In this document: positions 37,901 through 50,200 of the stretch, piece by piece
Layout: each line of letters begins with the position of its first letter
Position numbering within the stretch: the first letter of the stretch is position 1
DNA from: Octopus sinensis
Taxonomy: Eukaryota
NCBI RefSeq assembly: GCF_006345805.1
Contig: NC_043001.1
Coordinates: forward strand, 133,424,001 to 133,488,000
Direction of reading: 5' to 3'
DNA: 64,000 nt
Notes under the pieces: model-generated
Databases searched by the model: none
Told to the model about the DNA's origin: nothing
The model's input: only the letters and a program-made list of their open reading frames with translations
Translations under genes and position numbers: made by a program

Positions 37901-38454
37901 CGGCCAACAAGGAAGCAACGGACTGCGGGCGTCTCGAGCGTGCCAGTGGGTGGTGGCGGTTGTGACAACAGAAATGCGCGAATGAACGAGGCTATTACGA
38001 AGCTGTAGGGACGGACAGGAAGCAGAGACGCATATTATGCAGTAAAACACAGCAAACATTCAAATGAGACCGTTTGTATATAAAAAAAAATACTCATGTC
38101 ACTGAATTTCATTACAATAACGAAATATTGTTCACGTTACTTAGTATGGATCCTATTTATTGTTTCCATAATGGTATGGAAGGACAATGCGGAGATCACT
38201 CAGGAAGAAAACTTCGGAAATAGGAAGAGCTCAGAGAACTGAATCATTAGGTTGGAAATTATACTTTACTTTCATATCCGACAAAATGTTATTTGGCCAA
38301 ACCCAAGAAGTGTCTAGATCCAGATGTGATATCTACACAGTCACATCTACAGTGATATATCTTCCGTGATTTGTTGTAATATCAATATATTAGTATTTAT
38401 ACAGGTATATGTACACATACACAGTAATATCTATGTATATATCCATATACATAG

Positions 38455-38521
<67 letters not shown>

Positions 38522-39269
38522 TATAAAACTTACTTCGAAGAGGATGCGTGGCGTTCAATCATATGATATGAATAATATATATATATGCATATGTGGGTGA
38601 AAGACGTCACAACAGGAGTACATGTACATGGAATATGAACTATTTTTTAGAACAACGAAAGACACAAATGGAAAACAAGACAAATAACAAAAACAACGAC
38701 CCTTCATCAGTTGTTGGCTGTTTTTCTACTCTTGTATTTCGAGCATTTAACAACAATATACTCTTTCGATAAAACTGTTGCTCCCGCAAAGCAAATTAAA
38801 TAAAATTTGGGATTTGCGGAGGGTCAAAATTGATAACACAAACAGGAGAGTGAAAACAAACAGGAAGGGCTGCTAAGCCTAAACGAGGTTGTGGTGGCGA
38901 ACGCGTAAATCAAGCTTGGACAGGAGACAGGCAAGAACACGTCTTCCTTGATCCAGCTACAACGGAGGTAAGAAAGAAACACAAGTTAGGAGAAGAAAGA
39001 TGGCCGATGATCACGTGGGAGCCACATGAGAAGGGAGGGAGAGTGAGGGAGAGAGATTGACTGACAGATAAATGGGAAAGGGAGAGGAAAAATGGAGATA
39101 GGATAAGTGAGAAAAAGTAGGAGGGGAGAAGGGGAGAAAGGAAGAGAGAAGAAAATGAAAGATTTAAAAAATAGTAGAGTGCGCATCAGAATTATTAAGA
39201 TAAAACTTACTTGGAAGAGGATGCGTGGCGTTTAATCATATAATATAATATATATATATATATATATGA

Positions 39270-39783
39270 CTAGCAGTATCGCCCGGCGTTGCTCGGGTTT
39301 GTAAGGGAAATAACTATATAAGCATTTTTAGAGAGTTACTTCCCTTATAGATGCCAATTCGGGCTTTCTTGGCCATTTCTGTTTTGGTGTCTTCAAGCCA
39401 TGAAGTCGTTGTTCTAAAAAAACGCTGGTCTCCTTGACAACGCATTACGACGTTGATTTCCTTAAACTCCCTTCTCCACAGCTTCACGAGGGAGGGAAGA
39501 AGGGGGAGAAGCAAACGCAGGTGCAGGTGTTTTAGCGTGGACGCCAACTCCGCCGCCATCGACACACGAAAAATGGAATAAAATGGAATAAAAAATGATG
39601 TTAAATTATTTTTAAAATCGTAGACTCATCGTAGACGCGCCCTAATAGCCAGACGGGCTCGATATTAATCACGACTATAAGATACCCGAATTTGGTTAAA
39701 CTGCACCGCAAAATGTGGGAGGAGTTAGGAATCTAAATCGAAGGGGACAGACACTCACACAACTACAGTTTTATATATATAGA
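39270..39783 (-). mobile_element. Non-autonomous Helitron variant with a different internal segment
   Basis: Both termini match 6549/11337 (A|TC ... hairpin CTAG|T); about 39345-39575 is unrelated sequence. Confidence 0.8.
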
Positions 39784-39899
39784 TATATGATATATCACAA
39801 ACTGCGTGACATTGATATCGTTGGCAAAATAGAGGAGTAGATGCATGACTTTTTAAAATTTTGCAGCCAATTGTTCTCCCTATGAGGAGCTAATCAATT

Positions 39900-40800
39900 C
39901 TAAGCGGAGCCCCTCGTGAAATTGTACAGGGATCACTACTGTTCGTGATAGCTCTCTCAGACATGCCCTCAGTCATACAGTCAGCCACTCTTACTAGCTC
40001 TCTTCATGATACAAAAGTAAAGGATCTTGTTGATAACTCAAGGCTACAGAAAGATCTAAATGAAATATACTAGTGGACTGAATAAAACATGTAATTTAAT
40101 ACTGAAAAACTTCAAGCACTCCTCTATCGACCCACAAATAGATTGCAATTAGAATGCACAGGACCACGGGTATTGCAATCCCAGAAACAGAATCGGTACG
40201 TGACCTCCTGAGAATCTATATGAGAGGTGGTGCATCATTCCGTGTAAGATGGCAACAATGTGCAAGCAACTGGCGAGTGAGATTCTGAGACCAGAACATG
40301 GAAAAAGGAAACCATATTTATGGAGAACATTCGTTCTCAACCACATGGATTACTGCTCCCAGTTATGGTCACCAAAATCGTTAAACTAACGGTAGAAATC
40401 GAGGCAATCCAAAGCCATTATACCAAAAAAATTGCTTTGATGCAACAGATGGGTTACCGAGGGAGGCTAAAAGAACTGATGGTCGACCCCTTAGAGAGAA
40501 AATACGAAGGTCTTTCACCCGCTTTGGGATTGAAAGCTGCACCAATCACAGGACTGGACGCCACTGCATACTACCAAAAATACTACCCTCTTTGTCCAGA
40601 GTAAGAATCCAATACTGTAACAGCTAAAGGTTCAAAGGCCCACAATTTTTCAATACCTTTCCAAAAGGCCTTTGAGATCTACGAGAAGTAGATGTGGAGG
40701 AGTTTGAAGAATATTTAGACAAAATTTATGAGACTAAATGAACCCACATCGCAACAAGAAATGAAAAGAAGGCCAACTTTGTTCAACTCATTACCTTATC
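39900..40800 (+). mobile_element. Old CR1-like LINE RT remnant
   Basis: QGSLLFV..LSDMP, LQKDLNEIY, IEAIQSHYTKKI, YRGRLKEL in broken frames. Confidence 0.6.
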
Positions 40801-41300
40801 AAGACCGATTCCGAAGACATGACCAAGAATGAGTCTAACGATTTTAAAAAGTCGATCATATGTGGTTATGTGAAAAGTCTACTTCACAATCACATGGTTC
40901 CGGTGCAGCACCTTGGGCAAATGTCTTCTACCAAAGCTTTGTAGTGGATTTGGTAATCAGAGACTGAAAGAGGTCTGGTCTATGTGTGTGTGTGTGTTCA
41001 CCAACAGTGCTCAACAACCGATGTTGGTTTGTTTGTATGCTCGCAGGTTAGCGGTTCGGCGAACGAGTCCAACGGAATAAGTATCAGGCTTTAAAAAAAT
41101 AAGTTCTGGGGTCGATTTGTTCGACTAAAAAGCCTTTCAAGGCGGTGCCTTAAAGTATTTTTTAGTCCAACAAATCTATTATTTGTTTCAGCCTAATAAT
41201 TGGAAAAAGTAAGGAATAAATAAAAAATAATGTTCCTTCCTTTTTGTCTTTTTGAACATAAAATATATTAGAACTTGATGTGTTGACAAGCCATACTTAC

Positions 41301-41427
41301 GACATTTCTTTCGTACTCATCCTCATTTGTGGAGTTACCAGAGTAAAGAGCACTTGGGTGCATCGCATACTCAGAATCTTGAGGTGAATAAAAGTCGTAC
41401 GACATAATTGATATTACATCAACAGCT
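41301..41427 (-). CDS. GH18 chitinase-like gene exon (AVDVISIMSYDFYSPQDSEYAMHPSALY...ERNV)
   Basis: Acceptor ttcatttccag and donor gtaagt; 127 bp. MSYDF and H.SALY correspond to GH18 MTYDFHG and HNSPLY. Confidence 0.92.
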
Positions 41428-42886
41428 CTGGAAATGAAAAGGAAAATAAAAGCCATTGTTTGTTAGCTTAAATACTATTAATTTTTAGTAAAATTCTATT
41501 TGAATTCTAACTTTTTAATTTTCGTTAATTTCTATTCTTTAATTAAATCTATTTGATGGTCAAATTCTGTTTGAATTTTAGTCCCAGTTTATCATTTCCA
41601 CTTCCCCTTTTCAGTTTATCACTTCCCCGTCCCTAAAGTGTCACGCAGTGGGAGTGAGCCCGGATCCATATGGCTGGAAAGCAAACTTCTTACCACACAG
41701 CCGTGCTTATGTGTGTGTGTGTGTGTGTGTGTATGGAGAGAGAGAGAGGGAGACAGAAAGACAGAGAAGGAACAGAAAGACAGAGAGAGAGGAGACAGAA
41801 AGACAGAGGAAGGGATAGAGGTAGTAATGTAGATAAACACAGTTAGGTTTGATGTATGTTTACATAAAACACAAAAAATACAGAATTAAAAATAACGAAA
41901 TTATGTAATGCCTTAACCCGACAACTGTTTCTGGAAGCCTAGAGTTATGTAATGATCATATTTTGCAGATAATATATGTAAAAAGTTATAGGTATGCAAC
42001 AAGTGACCAGTCACATGAATATATTACAGTGAGTCCGGTTTCCCTCATCAAAAAAGACTTTCAAATGTAGATCATACAGTAGTGCCAGCAAATATAACAT
42101 GTTGAAAGCACAAAGGAGGCGGAACGAAATTTCAAGAACTAGGATAAGTGAAAGAAGAACACCTACAACGTGAGATGAAAAAAGAAGGGAGAAGTAAAAA
42201 GAGAGAGAGAGAGAAGAGAGGATAAAATGAAAACTAGCCTGCCGAAAGCATATATCACGAGCAAACAATAAAGCAATTGGGCATGTCAACTGTCCAGACA
42301 AAAAGGCGAAGAGAGATAAGCGTTGAGACAAAGTAGTTGAGGTGTGGTGACAGAGGTGAAAAATATGATGAGAGAAAGAAAATATGCTGTGAGGAGAAAG
42401 TATTATGATGCTTTGCAACTTAAATAACGAGTAAAGATATTTCGTCACAACTAAGAGAAATTTTAACGATTTTACATAATAAGCAAATGTGCAATAATAT
42501 TTATGTTTACAAGAGAAGATTATGCCAAAGAACCTATTGATGAATTAGCTATTTTAATGTCGTGGAATTGTGAGCGATTTCCTGCAACATAATTTATGAA
42601 CACCATGGTTAGTGTTGTAGGGAGTACCCTCACAGTCAGGATAAGGTATAGGGAATGCTCTGGGACTTGAAGTGCCCTGGATTAAGAATTTGGAGTTTGA
42701 ATTCAAATTCATTTGAACGCTACTTTGTGTTTTCTATATTGAGCTTATCTTGCCCTCACCTACTTACTCTGTGTGTGTGGTGAGTGAAGATTAATTCTGG
42801 ATTTATGTATATAACCTGAACATATTTTACACCTTTCCATTCCCTGTTAATATGTAAACAAGCAATTGATATAGAGTTTCACATAC

Positions 42887-43002
42887 TTATTTATAGCATC
42901 AATATCGTAGGCTTCATCTATCAATGATTTCTTAGACCCTACAACAATTCCAAGAAGGAGTTCCTTTTCTTTTGATTCCTTCTTAAACGCATCTTTCATT
43001 TC
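42887..43002 (-). CDS. GH18 chitinase-like gene exon (EMKDAFKKESKEKELLLGIVVGSKKSLIDEAYDIDAIN); not in the ORF track
   Basis: Read by hand. Acceptor ctaatttcag and donor gtatgt; 116 bp, phase 0 in and phase 2 out. Matches the GH18 segment EL..AF...LLLTAAV.AG...ID.GY.I..I. Confidence 0.88.
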
Positions 43003-43790
43003 CTGAAATTAGAAACGTTTTTAATTAATGAGACAATTAATGTGTACACACACACACACAGTCACTCACTCACACACACAATCACTCACTCACACATACA
43101 GACAGACTAAGCTACATGCAAAGAATTCCTTTCAGGCTCAGTAATTTAGTAACCAACATATTACGACCACTGATTCACATAGTTTCCTCTCGATGCCACT
43201 TGCACAACTGCTACAACGGTTTCTGCACTTCTGAACTATCTTCGGAACTACTCTTGTCACCCAACTTCACCTATCCCTCATCCTTTTTATCGTGTCTTTG
43301 AGTCAAACCCCACAATAAACACAGCAACCGTCTGAAATTCACCCCACCCCACCATCTACTTTTTCCTCCAACTACAAATGTTTGGCCACTGATGGAGCCA
43401 TTAAAAACTATTGAATATCATTGAAAAAAATTACATCGCCTCTAACTCTTTGTCTGTCCGGTGCATCACATGTGACACGCAGAGCATATTTTCCTCGCTT
43501 CCATGCACCATATATGATACACATCCTCAATTTTTTCAGCCTCTAGAGTAACTTAGGACTTATGAAAAGAAGCCTTTATATTAGCCATAGTATGAAAAAA
43601 GACTAACTTGTTTTTAAGAACAAGCATGAACGTTTAGGAAAATATTATGTAACTACTTTGGGTAAGCAAAGGGTTAAATATGAAAATATCAATAGGTTTC
43701 AAAAAAATAGATTGTAGTACAATACTTAAAAGGTGGCGAGGAGTTTGGCTGCGAATGACAATTGACGGTTACTTTACTTTTTTTTTTTAC

Positions 43791-44180
43791 CTTTTTACTC
43801 GTTTCAGTCATTTGACTGCGGCCATGCTGGAGCACCGCCTTTTAGTCGAGCAAATCGACCCCGGGACTTATTCTTTGTAAGCCCATTACTTATTCTATCG
43901 GGTCTCTTTTGCCGAACCGCTAGGTGACGGAGACGTAAACACACCAGCATCGGTTGTCAAGCAATGCTAGAGGGACAAACACAAGCACAAACACACACAT
44001 ACATATATACATATATACGACAGGCTTCTTTCAGTTTCCGTCTACCAAATCCACTCACAAGGCTTTGGTTGGCCCGAGGCTATAGCAGAAGACACTTGCC
44101 CAAGATGCCGCGCAGTGGGACTGAACCCGGAACCGTGTGGTTGGTTAGCAAGCTACTTACCACACAGCCACTTCTACGCC
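43791..44180 (-). mobile_element. SINE family C
   Basis: Full-length. Confidence 0.9.
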
Positions 44181-44735
44181 TATAAAATTCAAATGCGCAA
44201 TCAATGTCTGAAACCAGGCTAAGTAACTGACGTTAGGAATATAAAGAAAGTTTTATTAATTATAAAATACAAATATCAGAAAACGAAAATGTATCTTGTT
44301 TTATGGCAATTACAGCAAAATATATTTAAACAATAGTTTTGGACGATATATCCGTATTTTGAAATGGATTAGTTAGAGGAGGAAAGCGACGTCTAAGACC
44401 TTTTTTAGGGTCTCGAAGCCTCATGGAAGGAAGGGAAGAAATTATCCTCACACTGAAGATTTAGCCTGAATGCTATCGGTCTATTTTGCCGAACCGCTAA
44501 GTGACGAGGACGTAAACACCTTTTAAGTATTGTACTCCTCTGGCTGACGGAGACACCTCTAAATGTACCCAAGTAAAAGGAGGAACTCTTAAACATTCGT
44601 GACAGTGAATCTACTAGCAGATCTGCGATCAATGCACTCAACGGTCAAATGTAGAGATTAAAACTAGACAATAGATTGATTCTATCACTTGTTTATATTT
44701 AAAAAGAAAATTATTATTTAAAAAAATTATGCATC

Positions 44736-45150
44736 GCAGGAGTGGCTGTGTGATAAGTAGCTTGCCTACCAACCACATGGTTCCGGGTTCAGTCCCACTG
44801 CGTGGCACCTTGGACAAGTGTCTTCTGCTATAGCCTCGAGCCGACCAATGCCTTGTGAGTGGATTTGGGAGACGGAAACTGAAAGAAGCCTGTCGTATAT
44901 ATGTATATATATGTACATATGTGTGTGCACGTTTGTGTGTCTGTGTTTGTCCCCCTAGCATTGCTTGACAACCGATGCTGGTGTGTTTACGTCCCCGTCA
45001 CTTAGCGGTTCGGCAAAAGAGACCGATAGAATAAGTACTGGGCTTACAAAGAATAAGTCCCTGGGTCGATTTGTTCGACTAAAGGCGGTGCTCCAGCATG
45101 GCCGCAGTCAAATGACTGAAACAAGTAAAAGAGTAAAAGAGTAAAGAGAG
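44736..45150 (+). mobile_element. SINE family C
   Basis: Full-length with (aaaagagt)n-type tail. Confidence 0.9.
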
Positions 45151-45553
45151 TATAAAAATTATTTTATTATAGATATTCTTTCAAACTCCAAATAAACTCC
45201 AGGTTCTTGCTTTCTTCTCTCTCTAAAATGACAGACAATGTTGAAAACTGCACTCCTCTTATATATATCTCCTGATTAGATAAGCTACCGACAAACCAGT
45301 TGTGGCTGCAACTATACGTACGATGGTGACCTGTTGATCATCCTACTGCATATGCCTATGGCGAAACAAGACTACGGGGATTATGGAAATATGACCCCCA
45401 TTCCTATCAAGTATTCGGAATATGCAGCTGATGGAGTTATTGCAAAATTTGATTAAATGAGTTGAGAGGTTTCTTCACTATCATCCTTAGGTCAAAACGT
45501 GCGGTTGATTTATCTTGGCTTAGTGGCAGACATTAAAGATAGTTTTTTTTTAG

Positions 45554-45936
45554 GGAAGCACTCCGTCGGTTACGACGACGAGGGTTCCGGTTGATCCGAA
45601 TCAACGGAACAGCCTGCTCGTGAAATTAACGTGTAAGTGGCTGAGCACTCCACAGACACGTGCACCCTTAACGTAGTTCTCGGGGATATTCAGCGTGACA
45701 CAGAGAGTGACAAGGCCGGCCCTTTGAAATACAGGTACAACAGAAACAGGAAGTAAGAGTGAGAGAAAGTTGTGGTGAAAGAGTACAGCAGAGATCACCA
45801 CCATCCCCTGCCGGAGCCTCGTGGAGCTTTAGGTGTTTTCGCTCAATAAACACTCACAACGCCCGGTCTGGGAATCGAAACCGCGATCCTATGACCGCGA
45901 GTCCGCTGCCCTAACCACTGGGCCATTGCGCCTCCA
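45554..45936 (-). mobile_element. SINE family A
   Basis: TSD attaaagatagt. Confidence 0.92.
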
Positions 45937-46076
45937 CTATTAAAGATAGTATTGGGTGGACAAAACGGAAATGTTAATCTAATCTCTCAACATTTTGAAA
46001 AGAAATTAGAGAAGTGAGCAAACATAGGGTATTTATTATTTTTATTTTATTAAAATAAAGAAAGTCTCTAACTCAC

Positions 46077-46329
46077 CTTAAGTAAGTTGCCAAATTTTTC
46101 TTTGTCACCCGATTGACTTCCTCTTTTTGTTGGAAATATCCAGCAGATATCTAAACCATCAAAGTTATGTATGCGAAGGAATGTTATTACGTTTTCGATG
46201 AATTTTTTTCTATTGTCTTTGCTAGAAATTACATGGGTAAATGGAAGAGATCCCATATTCCAACCACCGACAGCCAACATTGTTTTCAGATTCTTATTAT
46301 TTATTTTAAGTTCGTTAACTCTGGCGTAC
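46077..46329 (-). CDS. GH18 chitinase-like gene, exon with GGW and the degenerate catalytic motif (YARVNELK...MLAVGGW...FDGLDICWIFP...GNLLK)
   Basis: Acceptor tttcgaacag and donor gtgagt; 253 bp, in frame with both neighbours. LAVGGW and FDGLD motifs. Confidence 0.95.
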
Positions 46330-46420
46330 CTGTTCGAAATAGAATAGGCGGGAAATTTCGTATCATTTCAAATAAGAATGGTAATAACGATGGTTGCTAC
46401 TATAGTTAATCACCTTACTG

Positions 46421-46796
46421 TGGAGGCGCAATGGCCCAGTGGTTAGGACATCGGACTCGCGGTCATAGGATCGCGGTTTCGATTTCCAGACCGGGCGTTG
46501 TGAGTGTTTATTGAGCGAAAACACCTAAAAGCTCCACGAGGCTCCGGCGGGGGATGGTGGTGATCCCTGCTGTACTCTTTCACCAGAACTTTCTCTCACT
46601 CTTACTTCCTGTTTCTGTTGTACCTGTATTTCAAGGGGCCGGCCTTGTGTCACGCTGAATATCCCCGAGAACTACGTTAAGGGTACACGTGTCTGTGGGG
46701 GGCTCAGCCACTTACATGTTAATTTCACGAGCAGACTGTTCCGTTGATTCGAATCAACCGGAACCCTCATCGTCGTAACCGACGGAGTGCTTCCCA
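46421..46796 (+). mobile_element. SINE family A
   Basis: TSD aatcaccttact. Confidence 0.92.
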
Positions 46797-47166
46797 TAAA
46801 AAAAAATCACCTTACTAAATATATCACAATATATTCTAGTCTCTCGATAAGTTCAAATACTGTCTTGGATGATTTTGTTCTTCAGTTCTTCAATAAAATA
46901 TACGGCAATAATTCAATGGAGTTAACTCAAACATTACATGAAGCTTGTGTTAATCAAAACTCTTGAAACATATATGTTCTTCAAACAGCAACATTGTAGT
47001 TAATAATTATTATTATCATTTCTATTATAGACACAAGACCAGCATTTTTAGGGGAAGGGAAAGTCAATTACATCGATCCTAGTACTCAGTTTGTTTTATC
47101 GGCCCCGAAATCTAACGACTCTGCCAGTTCGTCACCTTAATAATAATAACAATAATAATAATAATA

Positions 47167-47202
<36 letters not shown>

Positions 47203-47247
47203 TAACAATAATAACAACAACAACAATAATAATAATAATAATAATAA

Positions 47248-47278
<31 letters not shown>

Positions 47279-47282
47279 AAGA

Positions 47283-50200
47283 AGGAACACCGGGGGACTT
47301 TTAAGATGTAAGAAGGAAAATTCAGAGCTCCGAAACCTATCCACAAACATCGAAAACAAGGACATCCTATGGAGCCAAAGTTTTACTAACAAAGAATTGG
47401 ACTGTACCCGAGTAAGTAATACAAATTGAAATTTATTACTATTTTCGAAATGAAATGATGTATTTTGACTCGATATCATCTCCATCTCTAACGCAACACA
47501 TGCGTGAAACATCACGATCATCCCTGACCCCAAACACCATGTACAAAGGAACTACGAAGAAATTAAATGCCACCGATACTATTCAACCCAAGAATAACAA
47601 TCGAGCGGTACGTACATTAAATTTACAACAAAAAATGTACGAAAAACTACACGTGCGAAATAATGTGACAACAGAAATAAACGGACCGGTACTCTACGAA
47701 AATGACGACCGTCAAAATAATGGGCCGGACGTTGTACCTCATGTCCCGCAAATAAAACCCAAAAGACGTAAATGGACACGTGAGGAATACATTTCTATCT
47801 TACACGCATACTTCACAGCAGTACTCTACCCAAAAAATGTAAATACAACAACACATACATATAAAATATGGAAGGAAAATAATAGAGATATAGACTTGGA
47901 TACAGCAATGAACCCTAATAAATTAGCTAACGTACGAAGATACATTCTCAACACAAAAAAAATATCAGAAATAGAAATAGAACACCTAAAAGAAAACATA
48001 CACCAGGAAAATGTAGATAGAAGCCACACAACAATGCCCAATAATATAAACACTGAAACTGTAAAACACGAAGACAAACGCAACATTCCCAACAAACACG
48101 ATGTAAACAACGAAGGGGAGCCTAATGATTATGATAATATAAAAAATAAAATAATCAAAGAACTGAAAACCACAGAGCTCAAAATGGACCACCGACCATA
48201 CCTCCCAAGAATCAAAATAAACGAAATAACAACACCTATTATAAACAGCATAAACCTAGCCGTCACTGAACTGATAGCCACTGAATCAAAAAAAAGTGAT
48301 ATCACTGAGCTAAATAACCTAATATACGCAGCAGCCACTGCAGCCACAAAAGAAGCTGGATACTCACCCAAACCCGCCCAAACAGGAGTACCACCACCCA
48401 AACAAACCCTGTGGATAAATAACATCCAAAGCAAAATAAAAAAAATTAGAAAAGACCTGTCGATTCTTAATGAAATCAGCAAAGAATCAACGCTACTGAG
48501 CAACAAAAAGAGAACAAAAATACTCCGCAAATATAACATGACAGAGAAAGATTTGCCTGAAATAAAAGAAAAGCTGAAGCAAGATATCCTTGCCAAAGCA
48601 CAAAGGATCCGCCGGTACAAGAAACGCCAACGCTTCTTTGAAGAAAACAAAAAGTTCAGCTCCAACCCCAAAAAGTTCTACCAAGAACTGGGCAAAAATA
48701 AAATAGAAGTCACTGCAGCACCAACGGCAGAAGAATTGGAAGAATTCTGGAGAGAGATATGGTCGGCGAACGAACCACCAAAAAAAAGGAGTATCAAAAT
48801 TACAAACTCGGCATCTGAACAACTTTGGACCCCCATAACAACTGAAGAGGTCACCCAGGCACTGCAAAGACTAAGCAACTGGAAGGCACCTGGGCATGAC
48901 AAGATCCCCAACTTCTGGTTGAAATATCTAACAGGAATGCACAAAAAGCTGGCTGAAAACTTTAACAACATACTAGCAGAGCCAGAGACAATGCCTGAAT
49001 GGCTCACGAAGGGGAAAACCATCTTAATTCCCAAATCAAATGAAACAGAAAAACCAGAAAACTACAGACCAATAACCTACCTCCCTACTATGTTCAAGGC
49101 ATTTACTGCAGTGATATCACAAAGGCTGAACAAGCACCTGGACGAAAACAAACTGTTCCCAGAAGAACAGAAAGGATGCCGCAAAGGCTCATATGGCTGT
49201 AAAGATCAACTAATGATTAATAAAGCCATAACTGAAGACAGCCACAGAAAGAAGAAAGGCCTCAGTATGGCCTGGATTGACTACAAAAAGGCGTTTGATA
49301 GCATCCCCCACACATGGATCCTCGAAACACTAGCCATTAACAAAGTAGCACCAACAATCATAAAATTCATAGAGCACTCTATGAATAAATGGCAAACAGT
49401 CCTACACCTCCAAACAAAAGAGGGACTCATGAAAACCAAAGACATCCCCATTAGAAGAGGAATATTCCAGGGAGACACGCTCTCTCCACTCCTTTTCTGC
49501 TTGGCACTGTCACCTCTATCTGATATGCTAAATAGAACTGGATGCGGATATAAATGTTACGGCAAAACGATCAGCCACCTTTTATATATGGATGACCTAA
49601 AACTATACGCTGCAAATGACAAACAGCTGGAACACTATTAAAGACAGTTCATGGATTTACCAAAGAAATAGATATGAAATTTGGATTAGAAAAATGCGCC
49701 AAAGTAACCATGAAAAGAGGAAAACTAGTTAAGAGTAACAACATCACACTAGATAAAACCAATGAAATAAAAGAATTAGACCAAAGCCAAACTTACAAAT
49801 ACTTAGGAATCCATGAACTAGATAATACACAACACACACAAATGAAAGAGAAAATAAAAAAAGAATATTATAGACGAGTTAGATCAATACTAAACACAGA
49901 GCTCAATGCTAAAAACAAGATAATAGGTATCAACACTTTAGCTGTCCCAGTTATAAGTTACAGCTACAATATCCTTAACTGGACACGAAATGAACTGACC
50001 AAAATAGATAGGAAAACAAGAAAAATAATGACAGGATCTAGGATGCATCACCCAAAATCTGACATAGAAAGACTATATATACAACGTATAGAAGGTGGTA
50101 GAGGCCTTATACAGCTGGAAAACTACTATAAAATAACCACCATAGGACTGCAAAAATATCTACTTCAGAAGGAAGGAAAACTGATCCAGATAGCGGCAAA

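Noticed and set aside
46137-46160. A-to-I editing restoring the catalytic residues
   Set aside because: ATA can only become GTA, ATG or GTG, and TGC has no A; neither Glu nor Asp is reachable.
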